Assembly (NCBI GenBank): GCA_026004015.1 | Contig: BPIH01000001.1 | Span: 95,236-159,235 of the forward strand | DNA from: Chloroflexota bacterium | Lineage (GTDB): Bacteria > Chloroflexota > Limnocylindria > Limnocylindrales > CSP1-4 | DNA length: 64,000 nt | Reading direction: 5' to 3' | Part shown: in pieces, positions 61,567 to 64,000 of the stretch | Numbering within the stretch: position 1 is the first letter of the stretch | Layout: each line of letters opens with the position of its first letter | The notes under the pieces: model-generated | The model's input: the letters and a program-made list of their open reading frames with translations, nothing else | Told to the model about the DNA's origin: nothing | Databases searched by the model: none | Made by a program: the position numbers and the translations under genes

Positions 61567-64000
61567 ATGCTTCGTCGTTTCGGGGCCGTCGTCGTCTTCG
61601 TCGCCGTCCTCGGCCTCGTCGGAGCGGCCTCGTCGGCTGGCCGCGGAGACGCCGCTCTTGTCGACCCTGCCGCCGGGGCCGTCGGGCCCCTCGCGGCGGT
61701 GACCTGGCCGCCGTCGAGCGGCCTCCTCCTGGCCGAGGTCGTGACCGGCGGCGCGTCGGCGTCGGACGAGTACGTCGAGCTGACGAACGCCGGACCGGCG
61801 CCCGTCGACCTCGGCGGCTACGAGCTCGTCTACGTCACGAGCTCTGGTGGCACGATCACTCGGAAGGCGGCCTGGGCGGGACCGCTCTTCCTGGCCCCGG
61901 GCCAGCACCTCCTCGTGGCGAACGGGCTCGGAGCCTTCGCCGCCATGGCCGACGCCACGTACAGCGGCGGGCTGGCGGCCACCGGCGGGGCCCTCGTCCT
62001 GCGACCCGTGGGCGGGGCTCCCGTCGACGCCGTCGGCTGGGGGGACGCGACGAACGCCTTCGTGGAGGGGACGGCGGCGCCGGCCCCGCCACCCGGGGCG
62101 TCCATCGAGCGGCGGCCAGGCGGCTCGGCCGGGAACGGGGAGGACACGAACGACAACGCCGCCGACTGGTTCGTCCAGGCCGCCCCCCTGCCGCAGAACC
62201 TCGCCGCGCCGCCGGCGCCGGCGCCGAGCCCGTCGGCTCCGTCTCCGAGCGAAGGCCCCGAACCGTCGACGATGCCGTCGCCGTCATCGACGCCCGCCCC
62301 GACGCCGACGCCCCCAGCCTTCGCCCTCGCCTTCGCCCTCGGTCGCCGTCGAACCGAGCCCGACCCCGACGGCCACGCCCGAACCGACCCCGATCCCGAC
62401 GGCGACACCCAGTCCCAGCCCGAGCCCGACCTCGACCCCGGTCGAGCCGTCCCCGTCCCTGACGATCAGCGCCATCCGGAGCTTGCCGCTCGGGACCCGC
62501 CGCGGCCGCCACCGGGGTCCTCACGACGGATCTCGGTGCCCTCGAGAGCGGGCGAGGCGCCTTCCTTCAGGACGAGACCGCCGGGATCGGCCTCTACCTC
62601 GCGGCCCCCGTTTCCAGCCCGGTGCCGGCCGGTACCCGGGTCTCGGTCCGGGGCACCCTCGACAGCCGGTACGGCCAGCTCGTCCTCCGGGTCGCCGAGG
62701 CCGACGTGGCAACCGACGGCGCGGCGACGCTCCCCGCCCCGGTGTCGACGACGACGGGCGGCGCCGGCGAGGACCTCGAAGGGCGTCGGGTCACCGTGCG
62801 CGGGCTCATCACGGAGAGTCCCTCGGCGCTCGCCGATGGACTCGGGCTCACCATCGACGACGGGAGCGGTCCCCTCCGGGTCGTCGTCGGGGCGGCCGCC
62901 CTCGGGGACCGGTCCCTCGCTCGCGGCGACGAGATCGAGGCCACGGGGCCCCTCGGCCAGCGAGACAGCACGGGCAGCGGGGCGTCCGGCTACCGCGTCT
63001 ACGCGACGCTGCCGGGCGAGCTCGTCGTCGGCCCCGTCGAGCCGCCGAGTCCGTCCCCCGACCCGACGGCGACCCCGAATCCGGCGCCGAGCCCGACCGC
63101 CACCCCGACGCCGTCCCCGTCCGGCGCGGCACCGACCCCGACCCCGGCACCGAGCCCGACTGCCAGCCCGAGCCCGGCTCCGAGCCCGACGCCGGACCTC
63201 CTCCCCATCGGCGAGGCGCGGACGAGACCGATCGGGAGCGTCGTCCGGATCGCCGGGACCGTCACCGCCGAGCCCGGGCGGATCGGGCATCCCGCCCTCG
63301 TCGTCGTCGCCGACCCGAGCGGGGCGATCGTCGTCCGCCTCGACGACGGCGATCCCCGGCCGACGAGGGGCGACCGCCTCGTCGTCGAGGGGTCCCTCGC
63401 CGATCCGTACGGGCAGCTCGAGATCCGGGCCACCCGCGAGGTCGTCCCGACCGGTCCCGGGGACCTCCCCGAGCCCCTGCCGGTCCTCGGCGTCGATCTC
63501 GGCGAGGGGACCGAGGCCCGGCTCGTCCGCATCGCCGGCGTCGTCACGGGCGCCGTCCGGCGGGCGACGAGCGGCGACATCGCCTTCGACCTCGTCGACG
63601 AGGCCGGGGCGCCGATCCGCATCATGGCCGACGCCTCGAGCGGCGTGACGGCCGGGTCGTTCCGGTCGGGTGCCCGCTACGAACTGACCGGCATCGTCGG
63701 CCAGCGGGCCTCCCGGAAGGGGGCCCTCGACGGCTACCGGATCTGGCTCCGCGACCGGGACGACGTCCGCGAGCTCGCTCCCGACGAGGTCGCCTCGACG
63801 CCGTCACCGACGCCCGCCACGAGCCCGACGCCGACGGCGATCGTGCCGATCCGGAGCGCCCTCCGGGCGAGCGGCGTCGTCACCATCGAGGCCACCGTCA
63901 CCGCCCCGGCGACCCTCCTCGACGCGACCGGGCGCCGGATCGTCGTCCAGGACGCGACGGCCGCCGTCGAGGTCCTCCTGCCCCCCGGCGCTGCGGCCCC
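61567..64000 (+). CDS. Secreted lamin-tail-domain protein with repeated OB-fold-like modules and Pro/Thr linkers; frameshifts, 3'-partial
   Basis: Signal peptide; 'LLLAEVVTGGASASDEYVELTN...VDLGGY', 'DAVGWG', 'DTNDNAADW'; downstream 'V.I.GTVT', 'DDGSG', 'GPLGQRD' modules. Confidence 0.75.

Overview
A very GC-rich bacterial chromosomal segment made mostly of housekeeping genes. Gene content and the GAAC-N4-GTTC SOS boxes suggest Chloroflexota or a similar monoderm lineage (inference). Contents: a LuxR-type regulator, rpiB-tkt, a complete coproporphyrin-dependent heme operon (hemA-C-D-B-chdC-L-E-H-rSAM-hemY) led by an HTH regulator, a pfkB/psuG pair, an ABC-2 exporter, pyrG, transaldolase, rho, a LysM/M23 peptidase, obgE-nadD-rsfS, holA-comEC-comEA, a CGNR regulator with a divergent lectin-like operon, an LLM oxidoreductase, an acyl-CoA ligase/GNAT protein, leuS, three tRNAs, an SOS-boxed imuA-imuB-DUF6504...dnaE2 cassette and a secreted LTD/OB-fold protein. 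Many genes, including essential ones, carry small frameshifts, often in G/C runs, which are most likely sequencing or assembly errors. The most unusual unexplained signal is a pair of intergenic arrays (19120-19445 and 46141-46517) with identical geometry: degenerate 23-bp repeats, 28-bp spacers, an exact 51-bp period, and an orientation flip across a 25-bp centre. Other leads: a structured 5' leader before the M23 gene, small hydrophobic ORFs inside the SOS cassette, and a readable operator architecture for the CGNR regulator. All family names come from motif recognition; no database searches were run.
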